Shown piece after piece: positions 20,100 through 29,597 of a stretch of DNA of 64,000 nucleotides. The stretch is taken from assembly GCA_963726255.1 (NCBI GenBank), contig CAVSBL010000002.1, positions 960,001-1,024,000 of the forward strand, in the 5' to 3' direction. The position numbers and the translations under genes are program-made. The DNA comes from Candidatus Bathyarchaeota archaeon (GTDB taxonomy: Archaea; Thermoproteota; Bathyarchaeia; 40CM-2-53-6). The first letter of the stretch is position 1. Each line of letters starts with the position of its first letter. The notes under the pieces were generated by a model. That model was not told the DNA's origin. It did no database searches and saw only the letters and a program-made list of their open reading frames with translations.

Positions 20100-21522
20100 A
20101 CCATACTGGCCTTCCAGAGAGGTAGGTTCTCATGGCCTTCGCAAACTCCTTATTCGAGGCGATAAGCATTCCAACATTTTCGTTTTCAAGAATTCGCATA
20201 TTCTTCCTGAAGGACTTGGCCAGCAAACCAGCAACGCCGACATCTCCTCCTCCAGAATGGAGTGTCAATGTGAGCAAGGTTTTTGCGGAAACAAACCTTC
20301 GCTTCTTTTGTACTACCCATCGAGCGTTGTCAATCCAGGGACCGGAGACTGTGCTCGCGCTCTTCGAATGCTTTGACAGGAATGAAGCACTTTCATTAAA
20401 CTTGGAAACTGGGGGGCCAATATGGTGCCGCGCACCTGGTAACTGTCCTAGCTCCAGTTCGAACAAGATCAGATTTAGTGACTTCTCATCGCTCCACGCC
20501 CACGATCGCACCATTTGGAAGTCATTATTCTTGAGAAGACTAAAGAGCGCTCTCTCCGTGCGGTAGAGCTGACTCCATAGAATGTCGACGACTGCACTTA
20601 TTTTCCCGAGCACTAAGCACAGGATTGTCGACCCACGAGCTAGAACAAGTCTCCGGTACTCGGTCCGGGTAAGCGGTTTAACTTTTGGTTCAGTGAAGAG
20701 GGCAGTGGTTGGTTTTGAGTTGACCTGCCTAGATGCAGCAACAAAATTCCACAGCTGGTCCTGTCGTACTGCGGCGGCCAAGTTACGCCCCTTGTCCACG
20801 GGATCAACGACAATTAACGGTTCCCTAAAGATTCGATGCGCTTCCTCGCGTCTTCCTTCATAGTAGTTTTCGACGTCTATGAAATCGTCCTCTTGCCATT
20901 GCGTGAAATCTCGGATAACCTGCTGGAATTTTCCGCGCGAAACAATGAGCGTTTCGCATAGCATTCCGCTGAAGCCACCAGTTTTGATATCCGCTCCATA
21001 ACTCCCTATGCCCCTCATGAAGGCCTTTAGCAGGCGAACTTCGTCGCGCTGCGCCTCGGTGAGGTGTTGCCGTATGTATTCGGTGTGGTATGGACTCCTG
21101 TCGGTGGCGCTCAACCAGTTGCCCTTCTCTACTTTGTAACAAGGGACAACGTTAACCCGAAGCTCGCGCCGCTCATCTAATTCTACAGTCGATTCTATGT
21201 ACGGATGCTCCGCATACCGTTCGACGATTTTGTGAGGTCGGAGTGCCTTGCGGGCGGGTGGCAGGCACACGTCTCGGAGCTGCGTTTTGCTCAGCTGCGG
21301 AGAGACTCTCATGAAGATGTCGACGTCAGCATAATCCCGTATCCACGTATCCTTCGCAACGGATCCATCCAGGCGGACCTCGGCTTCGAGCCCCGTCTTA
21401 ATGCACTCTTGTTCAACAGCAACCCTAACCTCTTCGGCCCGTGCCTCGACCGCGCTTTTCAATTTTGGCGGCGGGACAATCTTCTTCTTAACAGTCTCAG
21501 AAACTTCTGCGAACTCGTGCAA
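20092..21522 (-). CDS. cca: Archaeal class I CCA-adding enzyme
   Basis: GSVAKDTW...DVDIF, YAEHPY, SATDRSPYHT, GGFSG, DPVD.GRN. Confidence 0.95.
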   Translation of the reverse strand: MHEFAEVSETVKKKIVPPPKLKSAVEARAEEVRVAVEQECIKTGLEAEVRLDGSVAKDTWIRDYADVDIFMRVSPQLSKTQLRDVCLPPARKALRPHKIVERYAEHPYIESTVELDERRELRVNVVPCYKVEKGNWLSATDRSPYHTEYIRQHLTEAQRDEVRLLKAFMRGIGSYGADIKTGGFSGMLCETLIVSRGKFQQVIRDFTQWQEDDFIDVENYYEGRREEAHRIFREPLIVVDPVDKGRNLAAAVRQDQLWNFVAASRQVNSKPTTALFTEPKVKPLTRTEYRRLVLARGSTILCLVLGKISAVVDILWSQLYRTERALFSLLKNNDFQMVRSWAWSDEKSLNLILFELELGQLPGARHHIGPPVSKFNESASFLSKHSKSASTVSGPWIDNARWVVQKKRRFVSAKTLLTLTLHSGGGDVGVAGLLAKSFRKNMRILENENVGMLIASNKEFAKAMRTYLSGRPVWFA

Positions 21523-21540
21523 GGAAGTGCACTTAATCCG

Positions 21541-22113
21541 TCAGGACGATGCGGCTACCTCGTGAATCGTCGTGTATATTGGTCCCCTTGTGGTCAGGGT
21601 GCTCTTTTTCAGACGGACAGCGTTAACGGCCATCTTCCCGAACTCTTCACTTTTCATGCTTTCTACGTACGCTGCCAGTGCATCTCGGTTCACAGGGGAT
21701 CTAACGCGAGCGATGGTCATGTGTGGGCTGAAGCCCTTATCGTCCGGAGGCAGCCCGATTTGCCTAAGCTTTGGTTCTAGTTGCTGGAAAATGTGACTTA
21801 ATTCTTCCCCACCTTGTCTTATTCCCACCCAGACAACGTTGATTCGCCTAGGGTTAGGGAAAACGCCGAGGCCAGTGAACTCGGCTTCGAAGGGCGGAAA
21901 TTGAATGGAATCCATTGCTTCCTTGACTCTCTCCACGGTTGCCATTGGGACCTCCCCAAGAAAGCGAAGCGTCAAATGCATTATTTGCGGCTCCACGATC
22001 TTCAGTTGCGCACGTGTCTGCTCCAACCCCTTCTGAGCCGCGACTAATCGTTCGCGTATCGAGGGCTCATCCAAGTCCACCGCGATGAAGCTCCGTATCC
22101 GTTCTTGTGACAA
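21541..22113 (-). CDS. thpR: RNA 2',3'-cyclic phosphodiesterase
   Basis: RSFIAVD; two HxT motifs (HLTLRFLG, PHMTIAR). Confidence 0.95.
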   Translation of the reverse strand: MSQERIRSFIAVDLDEPSIRERLVAAQKGLEQTRAQLKIVEPQIMHLTLRFLGEVPMATVERVKEAMDSIQFPPFEAEFTGLGVFPNPRRINVVWVGIRQGGEELSHIFQQLEPKLRQIGLPPDDKGFSPHMTIARVRSPVNRDALAAYVESMKSEEFGKMAVNAVRLKKSTLTTRGPIYTTIHEVAASS

Positions 22114-22204
22114 GCGGTTTCCACCAGCGAAGCCTAATATTGAATGACCTAATTTAACGGTTCACGGGCATCGGGCAGAAGGCCTCGGAGACGTTTGCCG
22201 GCAA

Positions 22205-22756
22205 ATGCAGGTAAGAAGGAAAGTTATCGCGATTTCAGGCATGCCCGGTGCTGGGAAAGGGGTTGCGTCCGAAGCGGCGAAACAACTTGGCTTAGAAGTT
22301 CTCGTGCTCGGCGATGTGATCAGAGAGGAGACACAGCGAAGGGGCCTGGACCCAACACCCCAGAACATGGGTGAAGTTATGTTGAAAGTTAGGAATGAAG
22401 AGGGTCCTGCCGCTGTGGCGAGAAGACTACTCCCGAAGGTTGAAGAACGGCAGTCCAAAGTCGTCGTTGTTGAGGGGGTCAGAGGGCCTGAGGAACTTGC
22501 CGAACTCAAATCAAAATTCGAGGTTGTTACCATCGCGATTCATGCCTCACCAAAGACGCGGTTTCAGCGGCTTCTATCCCGAGGCAGAAGCGACGACCCA
22601 AAGACTTGGGAGACATTCCACGAGCGCGATAATCGGGAACTGAAAGTTGGGCTAGGCCATGTCATCGCGTTAGCGGACGCCATGGTAGTAAATGAAGGCA
22701 CGATTACAGAACTGCAGTCCTCCCTGAAAGGCATCTTAGCCAAGTTGAAAGCTTGA
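22205..22756 (+). CDS. UPF0200 nucleoside-kinase-fold protein (archaeal dephospho-CoA kinase-like)
   Basis: GMPGAGK Walker A, GDVIRE, EGVR, RGRSDD, RDNREL. Confidence 0.85.
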   Translation: MQVRRKVIAISGMPGAGKGVASEAAKQLGLEVLVLGDVIREETQRRGLDPTPQNMGEVMLKVRNEEGPAAVARRLLPKVEERQSKVVVVEGVRGPEELAELKSKFEVVTIAIHASPKTRFQRLLSRGRSDDPKTWETFHERDNRELKVGLGHVIALADAMVVNEGTITELQSSLKGILAKLKA

Positions 22757-23196
22757 TGGACCTAAGTGTCACCGTTGAAACGGTTGTTCGTCCGACCGAG
22801 GACGAAGCGAAGGTGGAACGAGCGTTGCATAACATCTTCCCATCCGAGCGAATTCAGAAAGTAGGAACGAGTGGAGCTGAGGTCGTTCTTAGAATTCATG
22901 GAGGCGAGTTTGACTTCCTGTCCAATCTGCGCAACCTCATAAAGCAGGAAGCAATCCGTAGCGCCGCAAGGTCAATTCTAATGAGTAGGACACGCGGGCA
23001 GCAGATTCTAATTCACCTTAACAAGCAAGCTGCCTTCGCTGGACGGGTTTCATTCTGTGGGCCTGAGGGCGAATCTCCCAATGGACCAATCTCAATTGAA
23101 ATAGAGTCGTCTGCCCCCGAATCCGTAGTCGACTATCTTGCAACGAACCCGTGGCAGGGTTTCAGCCGCGAGGCTGCGGGGCGACGCAGACGGTAG
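22753..23196 (+). CDS. UPF0201/DUF54 RNA-binding protein
   Basis: PTEDEAKVERALHNIFP, IRSAAR, LNKQAAFAG, GPI. Confidence 0.85.
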   Translation: MMDLSVTVETVVRPTEDEAKVERALHNIFPSERIQKVGTSGAEVVLRIHGGEFDFLSNLRNLIKQEAIRSAARSILMSRTRGQQILIHLNKQAAFAGRVSFCGPEGESPNGPISIEIESSAPESVVDYLATNPWQGFSREAAGRRRR

Positions 23197-24082
23197 CCAT
23201 GTCACTAGGGAGAAACGTGTGGCGGAATATTCTCTTGGCCTGTGCTAAGAGTGGCGCAGGGTCCTCGTACATTGCGCTGATGTGAAATAGTGCTAATTTC
23301 TTGGATTTACTTTTCTTTGCAACCCAGGCGGCCTCGCCCGCGGTTGAGTGACCATACTCCTTCGCCTTTGTTGAAGCAGCTTCCGCGAAACAACTGTCAT
23401 GAATCAAAAGGTCTGATTTGGCTGCCAATTTGACAATTGACTCGCACGGTCGAGTGTCAACCGCGTAAGTGATCTTTACTCCGCGTCTCGCTGGCCCCAC
23501 CACAAGCCCAGCAGAAACTACTTTCTTTCCGACCCTCACAGACTTCGCGGTTTGCAGCCTCTTCCATAGTGGGCCCTCTGGAATGCCTAGCTTCCGGGCT
23601 TTGGAAGGGTCAAACCGTCCTGGTCGCGGTTTTTCCACCAACGCGTAGGATAGGCAGGGCATGCCATGTTCTCCCGGAGCAGCGTGCACCTCGTACTCCT
23701 TGTCATCGACAACCCTGCCATAACGTACTTCCTTGATTCGCATTGGAAATCGTGAGTATAACTTCACGACCCGGTTAACGGACGTCACAAAGTCTTTGAT
23801 GCCTTGCGGGCCGATTATTTCCAGTTCGCTTGTTCTGCCCATGAAGGATAGTGAGTGAAGTAACCCAGGTAGGCCGAACACGTGGTCGCCGTGCATGTGG
23901 CTGATGAAGATGCGCATCTTGCGGTTGGTGCCCGCCCTGGCTTGGAGAAATTGCTTTTGTGTACCCTCTCCACAATCGAAAAGCATCACTTCCGGGCCCC
24001 TCCGTACCAAGACGCTTGGGAGGTTCCGAAACTTGCTTGGGACGCTTCCTCCCGTCCCCAGAAAAGTTACTGATACAGACAT
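23162..24082 (-). CDS. rnz: Ribonuclease Z
   Basis: FLGTGG, FDCGEGTQ, SHMHGDH, exosite GIPEGP, GHST. Confidence 0.95.
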   Translation of the reverse strand: MSVSVTFLGTGGSVPSKFRNLPSVLVRRGPEVMLFDCGEGTQKQFLQARAGTNRKMRIFISHMHGDHVFGLPGLLHSLSFMGRTSELEIIGPQGIKDFVTSVNRVVKLYSRFPMRIKEVRYGRVVDDKEYEVHAAPGEHGMPCLSYALVEKPRPGRFDPSKARKLGIPEGPLWKRLQTAKSVRVGKKVVSAGLVVGPARRGVKITYAVDTRPCESIVKLAAKSDLLIHDSCFAEAASTKAKEYGHSTAGEAAWVAKKSKSKKLALFHISAMYEDPAPLLAQAKRIFRHTFLPSDMATVCVAPQPRG

Positions 24083-24096
24083 CTTTCCAAGCCATT

Positions 24097-25173
24097 CTAT
24101 GAGTTTTGCAAGACGACGAACTGTCTTGTTAAACTGCGGTGAACCCTTGCAAGATGTTTTTCCTTCAACGCGAAACCCGCATGCTGTGCGTATCCTTCGA
24201 CATCAACCTCGACCGGGGCAGATATGCAGATATGGGCATCTTTCTTCAGCGAACTCTTCGCTCCCTCTATGAATTCATTGACCAGGGTTGTTACCTTTTT
24301 TCCCATCGTGGACGAGCCCCGGCCATACGGTGGGTCCGTCGCAATGGCGTCTAGGTCATGTCCAGGAAGGAATCGTGCATCCGCATTGAGAAAACCTTCC
24401 GCCGCAAGTTCAAAATGTTTCAAGTTTCTGCGAGCGCCCCTGAGCATTCGTAAGTCCGCATCCAGCCCCAGAACCCTGCAGCCTATCACAGCCGCCTCAA
24501 TTACTATACCGCCCACTCCGGAGAATGGGTCTGCAAAAGTTGCGCCGGGAACTGCTCGCGCCAAGTTAACCATGCATCTAGCTATCTTCGGCGGCATTGT
24601 GGAAGGGTGAAAGACAGGGCGCTTGCGGGGCCGCCGAGGCGCGATCAGCCCGGACGGCTTCGAGTAACCTGACACTCCTAGTAGAAACCTGTCCTCGTAA
24701 AGCACGCAAGCAAAGGTCAGGTCAGGGTTCTGAAGCCGCACCTGCATCCTTGGAACCATATCTTTCACCATAGACCCGACCTTACGTTCCAAGTCAACCC
24801 GCCGAATCGATTTGTTTACCCCACCCAACCGTACCGACCGAACGGCAAAGTTTTGGGCATCCCTTGCTACCTGCCCAATCGGTTGACTCCTTACGAAATC
24901 CTCAATCTGCCTCTCGTCAGACGCGCATTCGCCCAAGCTGAGACCACACCAATCGTACATCAGGCTTCTTTCAGAAACTGCCTTGAGGGCGGCGAAAGGA
25001 GCGTTTAGTGTTAGCAGCCTGTAACTCTGAGTTGGTGCGTTGAAATCTACGCCACTCGATTCCAGAATTGCTTCTACTTCTGCTGCGGGCAGTGAGGCAT
25101 GCTCGCCTGAAAGCACGAAAAAGAGTCTGTTGGCTCGAGTTGGTTCTTGGAGCGACTCCGTTAGCGAGGTCAT
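24097..25173 (-). CDS. tRNA m2G10 methyltransferase (THUMP + MTase, Trm11-type)
   Basis: LSGEH..LP.AE, RP.FHP, DPFSGVG, TDPPYGR, VHRSLTR. Confidence 0.9.
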   Translation of the reverse strand: MTSLTESLQEPTRANRLFFVLSGEHASLPAAEVEAILESSGVDFNAPTQSYRLLTLNAPFAALKAVSERSLMYDWCGLSLGECASDERQIEDFVRSQPIGQVARDAQNFAVRSVRLGGVNKSIRRVDLERKVGSMVKDMVPRMQVRLQNPDLTFACVLYEDRFLLGVSGYSKPSGLIAPRRPRKRPVFHPSTMPPKIARCMVNLARAVPGATFADPFSGVGGIVIEAAVIGCRVLGLDADLRMLRGARRNLKHFELAAEGFLNADARFLPGHDLDAIATDPPYGRGSSTMGKKVTTLVNEFIEGAKSSLKKDAHICISAPVEVDVEGYAQHAGFALKEKHLARVHRSLTRQFVVLQNS

Positions 25174-25205
25174 CGCAGAACGAGCTAAAGGAACGCGGGT
25201 CTTGG

Positions 25206-26831
25206 TTAAGTTTGATGCTTCTTGTGGCCGAGTTTTTCGCCGCAATTCGTGCAGAACTTCAGGCCTGCAGGGTTTTCCGTTCCGCAGGAAGCGCATTTCA
25301 GGCTTTCAGAAGCCCCCGCCTTATCTGCTCCCGGCGTAGGTTTCGTCTCCGGTGCCGGCCCCTTCCGTTTTCGCCAGAACAGGAAAGCAGCCACGGCCGC
25401 AAGGGCGATTACGGCTATTGCTATGAGTGGGATGTAGCTCGTTGACCAGACTGCATGTATCACCTTCGGGTTATCCATCGTAATTGAGCCTTGCGACGAA
25501 GTGCCTGTGTAATCACCCTCCCACCGAACAAAGATCTGTTGCACAGGGAAGCCCGAAGGTGTCGTTACTGAAAATGTCGCCGTGGACCCGGCCGCGTAGT
25601 AGCCTTGCCCATGCGGGTTTCCGTACGGCGAGTCGATTAACAACTGGTACTGCGTCTCATACTTCGCGACAACTGTGTGGGGTTTGTCCATGGTTAATGA
25701 AATTCCGTTCCCCGACTGGGCGGCGCCGTCCACTTCCCAGCCCTTGAAGGCGTATTGTGTCCCGGATGATCCAGGCACCGTGGTAGGAACTTGGTTTGTT
25801 TGGACGCTTGTCCCGGCCTTGTACCAACCCCCGCCAGTCACATCGGTAATTCCGGCTGGGTCCGTTACAACCGTCAACAAGTATTGAGTTTCATATTCGA
25901 AGGTATGACTGCCCGCTGAACTGACTGTCCAACTGTTCTGGGCTGCAAAGTAACGCACACCCGCGTCGCCCTGAACATACTGATCGACCGCGACGGTGTG
26001 GGTTGTGTCAACTTTGAAGGAAAGCTTCTTGATTTCAGCGCCCCCAATCGTCCCCTGTGCCTGATTGTCAATCGTTACTTGGGACGAGTATTGCGCCGGG
26101 ACTCCGTTCAACGATAGAGAGGTGTCGTAGGTATCCGGCGTCACGTCAAAGGCAGCTGACGCACTACTAAACCCTGAACAGAAGTCGTCGGCTTGAAAGT
26201 TTACGGTCCACCGCCCAATCGCAGTGACGGTGAGGGTTTTCGTTAACGAGTAAGTTGGACCTATGAAAGTGTAGAGGAAAGTCGCTGGAGAACCAGACGG
26301 GGATGAAATAATGAGTTGGCCTTCCGAGGGCCGATTCGCGCCGATCACGATCGTCGCCACGTCACCCGTTCTATACGCCGACTTGTCAGTTGAAACAGTA
26401 ATGGCCAGTGGAGGACCTACTTGAACCACCGTGAGACTAGCACTTGCACTGCCTGAATCAGCGGGATTTCCGGGCGTCGGGGCCGAGGACGAGTTGCTAG
26501 CGGAGACTGTAAACGAGTAGATTCCAGGGCAGTATAGCGGGGTGCTGCTCGTAACGATGCTGAGGCTGCTGCTCCCCGAGCCTGCTGGCGTGGAAACTGG
26601 GTTCGATGAGAACGAGTACGAGGCTCCGGACACTAGCCCAGAAAGGCTAAGCCTGTACGCTGCCTTGGTCCCGCTTGCTAGGCCGATCGAGTAGGATGCT
26701 GTGGAAGTCTGGGGCACAGCTTGCGTCGTGGGCGATATGGTTACAGTAACAGGCGATGCATAGGCGCCCGGCAGAAGCACGAAGGCTAGGACCATAACGG
26801 CGAGCAACAATACGGGCTTGGAATTACTCAT
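25206..26831 (-). CDS. Surface protein with B-repeat-like units, TM anchor and cytoplasmic zinc ribbon
   Basis: Signal peptide; QYLLTV...GGGWY..G and F..W..D units; TM-RKRK; CASCG...FCTNCG. Confidence 0.8.
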   Translation of the reverse strand: MSNSKPVLLLAVMVLAFVLLPGAYASPVTVTISPTTQAVPQTSTASYSIGLASGTKAAYRLSLSGLVSGASYSFSSNPVSTPAGSGSSSLSIVTSSTPLYCPGIYSFTVSASNSSSAPTPGNPADSGSASASLTVVQVGPPLAITVSTDKSAYRTGDVATIVIGANRPSEGQLIISSPSGSPATFLYTFIGPTYSLTKTLTVTAIGRWTVNFQADDFCSGFSSASAAFDVTPDTYDTSLSLNGVPAQYSSQVTIDNQAQGTIGGAEIKKLSFKVDTTHTVAVDQYVQGDAGVRYFAAQNSWTVSSAGSHTFEYETQYLLTVVTDPAGITDVTGGGWYKAGTSVQTNQVPTTVPGSSGTQYAFKGWEVDGAAQSGNGISLTMDKPHTVVAKYETQYQLLIDSPYGNPHGQGYYAAGSTATFSVTTPSGFPVQQIFVRWEGDYTGTSSQGSITMDNPKVIHAVWSTSYIPLIAIAVIALAAVAAFLFWRKRKGPAPETKPTPGADKAGASESLKCASCGTENPAGLKFCTNCGEKLGHKKHQT

Positions 26832-27009
26832 GCTGAAATCACGCTAGCTGTATTCGTATGCGATGGCAGACGATATAAAAGATAGGTGCCCCTCACGAAC
26901 TGAGCTTCAGCTGGCTACGCGTAGCTCACAGCATATGTCTACGGTGCGCTCCAGTTTGGGAGTGTTCAGTGCACTCGCTCTCATAGCAGATGGCGGATGC
27001 GGGGTGGAA

Positions 27010-27258
27010 CTATTCCGTGCGGATTCTGTAGTGGCTGACGAATTTTCGAAAATCTTCCATAGAGGCTTCATCTAGGTGTGCTTCCAGTGTCTGTTCGAGA
27101 TGCTTGATTAGGGATTGTTGAAGCTGTAGGAACGCTTGAGCTTCGTCCTCGTCCACAGCGTCTTTGGCTCCGACGGTTACCCAGAAATTCGCTAAGGTAC
27201 CGTACGCGTAGAGCTTCAGTAGGTCTTTCTCTACCTTCGTTCCGTTCGACATAACCAT
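27010..27258 (-). CDS. Hypothetical protein
   Basis: Compact ORF with GGGAG upstream, between two paralogous surface genes. Confidence 0.55.
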   Translation of the reverse strand: MVMSNGTKVEKDLLKLYAYGTLANFWVTVGAKDAVDEDEAQAFLQLQQSLIKHLEQTLEAHLDEASMEDFRKFVSHYRIRTE

Positions 27259-27263
27259 TCTCC

Positions 27264-28802
27264 CTAAGTCTCAGTTTCCGATTTGCCCATACGCAGGCTG
27301 GTTCCCTTCCGCTTGGCAGGCTTAGCTTTCGCGCCCCCCTTTCCTCGCCTCATCATCAGGATGGCTACAGCGACTATCGCAACCACCGCGATACCCGCGG
27401 CTAGGTAGGCTTGTGTGTAGCTAGTTGTCCATACTGCGTGTACTGTCTTCGGCTTGTCCATTGTAACTGACCCTTGCGGGCCCGTCCCGGCGTAGTCACC
27501 CTGCCACTGGGTGAACACTTGTTGCACTAAGAAGCCGACTGGCGAAGTCACAGAGAACGTTGCGGTGGAACCTGCGTCGTAATAGCCCGATCCCTGAGGG
27601 TTGCCAAGTCCTCCGGGTGAATCGACTACAAGCTGGTACTGAGTGGAGTATTTCGCCACGGCCGTATGAGGCTTGTCCATCGTAACGCTTAGTTGGCTGC
27701 CGCTCTGAGGTGACCCATCCAGTTCCCAACCCTTGAAAGTGTACTGAGTGCCGGTTGGGCCGGGGACGCTCTGAGGAGCTTGGTTCGTTTGTACAGATGC
27801 CCCCTCGTTGTACCACCCTCCACCCGTGGTTGACGTCACGCCGCTTGGGTCGGTGACTACGTTGAACTGATACTGGGTTTGGTAGGTGAATGTGTGGGTG
27901 TCTGCGGAAGAAACGGACCAAGAGTTTTGTGAGCAATAGTACCTGACTCCTGACTCCCCCGTAACGTACTCATCCATCAAAATGGTATGCGAGGAACCGA
28001 TCGGGAAGCTCAGCTTCTTCATCTGGGAACCTTGCACTGTTCCTTGTTGTTGCCCATCGATTTGTAGTGTCGAGGAATACTGAGAAGGCACACCAGACAC
28101 GGAGAGCGAGACATCATAGGTATTGGGGTTCACATCGAAGTAGGCCACTGCACTGGTATATTCTGAGCAGACTGAAGCCTCAAAAGTGGCAGACCATCTC
28201 CCAACCGTATCAGCGGTCAGCGTCTTGGAGGCTTGGCCATAAATGGCGGACGGGCCGTAAACCTTGGATGAACCTGAAGGCGGCTGAACTGTCAAACGTC
28301 CTGCCGCGGCTTTATTCACATTCATTAGAATTGTGACCTTGTCATTGAGAGTGTAAGTTGGTCTGTCGGTCGTGACAGTGACCTGAAGCGGAGGCCCAGC
28401 AGAGGTTACTGTCAGTGAAAAGGAAGAACTCGTCCCAGTATCTGCACCTGCTTGAACGTGCGTAGCAATGACGGCAAAGGGATACGTGCCAGGACAGAGG
28501 TTGTTGACCCCTGCGTCTATCGTGAGCGTGCTCGTCGCTCCCGGTACAATCGGGACACTTACAGGGTTGGGGCTAAACAGACCCTCACTGCCTGAATATC
28601 CACTCAGGCTGAGAGAATAATCATCCCCCGGGAAAGCTGGGCCAGAGACTGTGACAGTATACGAAACCGCGCCGTACTGCGACACGACCTGGGACGCAGG
28701 TGTTACGGTCACGGTGACAGGTGACGCACCTACATGCGGATAACTCAGGAGAGAGAATAGGACAATGACGCCGGAGAGAAAGGCAAGTTTCGAATATCTC
28801 AA
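27264..28802 (-). CDS. Surface protein, paralog of 25206-26831
   Basis: Colinear motifs (SPVTVT, CPG.Y.F, GVRY, MDKPHT, GYY.AGSTATFSVT); TM plus basic tail. Confidence 0.8.
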   Translation of the reverse strand: MRYSKLAFLSGVIVLFSLLSYPHVGASPVTVTVTPASQVVSQYGAVSYTVTVSGPAFPGDDYSLSLSGYSGSEGLFSPNPVSVPIVPGATSTLTIDAGVNNLCPGTYPFAVIATHVQAGADTGTSSSFSLTVTSAGPPLQVTVTTDRPTYTLNDKVTILMNVNKAAAGRLTVQPPSGSSKVYGPSAIYGQASKTLTADTVGRWSATFEASVCSEYTSAVAYFDVNPNTYDVSLSVSGVPSQYSSTLQIDGQQQGTVQGSQMKKLSFPIGSSHTILMDEYVTGESGVRYYCSQNSWSVSSADTHTFTYQTQYQFNVVTDPSGVTSTTGGGWYNEGASVQTNQAPQSVPGPTGTQYTFKGWELDGSPQSGSQLSVTMDKPHTAVAKYSTQYQLVVDSPGGLGNPQGSGYYDAGSTATFSVTSPVGFLVQQVFTQWQGDYAGTGPQGSVTMDKPKTVHAVWTTSYTQAYLAAGIAVVAIVAVAILMMRRGKGGAKAKPAKRKGTSLRMGKSETET

Positions 28803-28958
28803 AGGTAATCGAAACCTTAGCTCGAGTCAATTCGGCCTAGAATGTATTTAAGTTAGACTGGTTCACCCGGCTTTGAAGGATCAAAAACCTCCCGCGGAGA
28901 AAGGTTGGTTCAAGCCACCTCCACATAAGTCGACTGTATAGTGGATTACAGAATGTTT

Positions 28959-28985
28959 AACTGAAATATACTCCCTATTTCAGTT
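28959..28985. promoter_or_regulatory. Perfect 10-7-10 inverted repeat (candidate operator)
   Basis: AACTGAAATA-tactccc-TATTTCAGTT next to a TTTAA element, just upstream of the sRNA candidate. Confidence 0.45.
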
Positions 28986-29055
28986 GCGACGATGAGGGAA
29001 TCAGAGTTAACCTGAACATTTTGTGTTGATAAGGCATTTACCCTGAGTCGCAACT
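28982..29055 (+). ncRNA. Box C/D guide sRNA candidate (dual guide)
   Basis: 9-bp terminal stem; C box ACGATGA 28989, D' CTGA 29012, C' TGATAA 29027, D CTGA 29043; guides resemble complements of 23S H69/H71. Confidence 0.65.
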
Positions 29056-29288
29056 TGCCGAACCAGAACCTCCTAACGATGTCGCCGTACAGGTGGACTC
29101 AAGCTCCCCCGAACGACGAGGCCTACGCCGAACCGTAACGATTGCTTGCTTTGATCGATATTCTTGCGCTTGGGGCACCCTTACATTCGCTGAATGTATT
29201 TGGTTTAGTTGCGATTCTCCTTCAATGAAAGTGGGCTGGATTCGAAGTATTAATAACGGTTCGGTACCTATCGCGTTCCTTAGTGGAT

Positions 29289-29528
29289 GCGATGCCTTTC
29301 TATCTCTGCGAAAACTGTGCCCGGGACAAAATCAGACTTGACCTTACTTACGCTGGGATAAACCAGCTCTGGCTTCGGGTGTCACCAACGCCCGAAGGGT
29401 TCGGGCCACCATGCGAATTCTGTAACGCACCTAAAGCCATCTACCAAATTCAGATAGTCGGAACGAAGTTCGACACTGAGAACCAACATCTAGAGAAAAT
29501 GAAAACCGAGATGCAACAGAAAACATAG
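29289..29528 (+). CDS. Small zinc-binding protein
   Basis: CENC and CEFC pairs. Confidence 0.55.
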   Translation, partial: AMPFYLCENCARDKIRLDLTYAGINQLWLRVSPTPEGFGPPCEFCNAPKAIYQIQIVGTKFDTENQHLEKMKTEMQQKT

Positions 29529-29597
29529 TAGGCAAGATCAGCCCCGTTAGTAGGCTGCGGAGTATTTTTCATTCCGTGTGACAAACTAATGGTCTAG

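Noticed and set aside
24097-25296. Extended start of the Trm11-type gene
   Set aside because: It overlaps the upstream surface-protein gene; ATG 25173 fits better.
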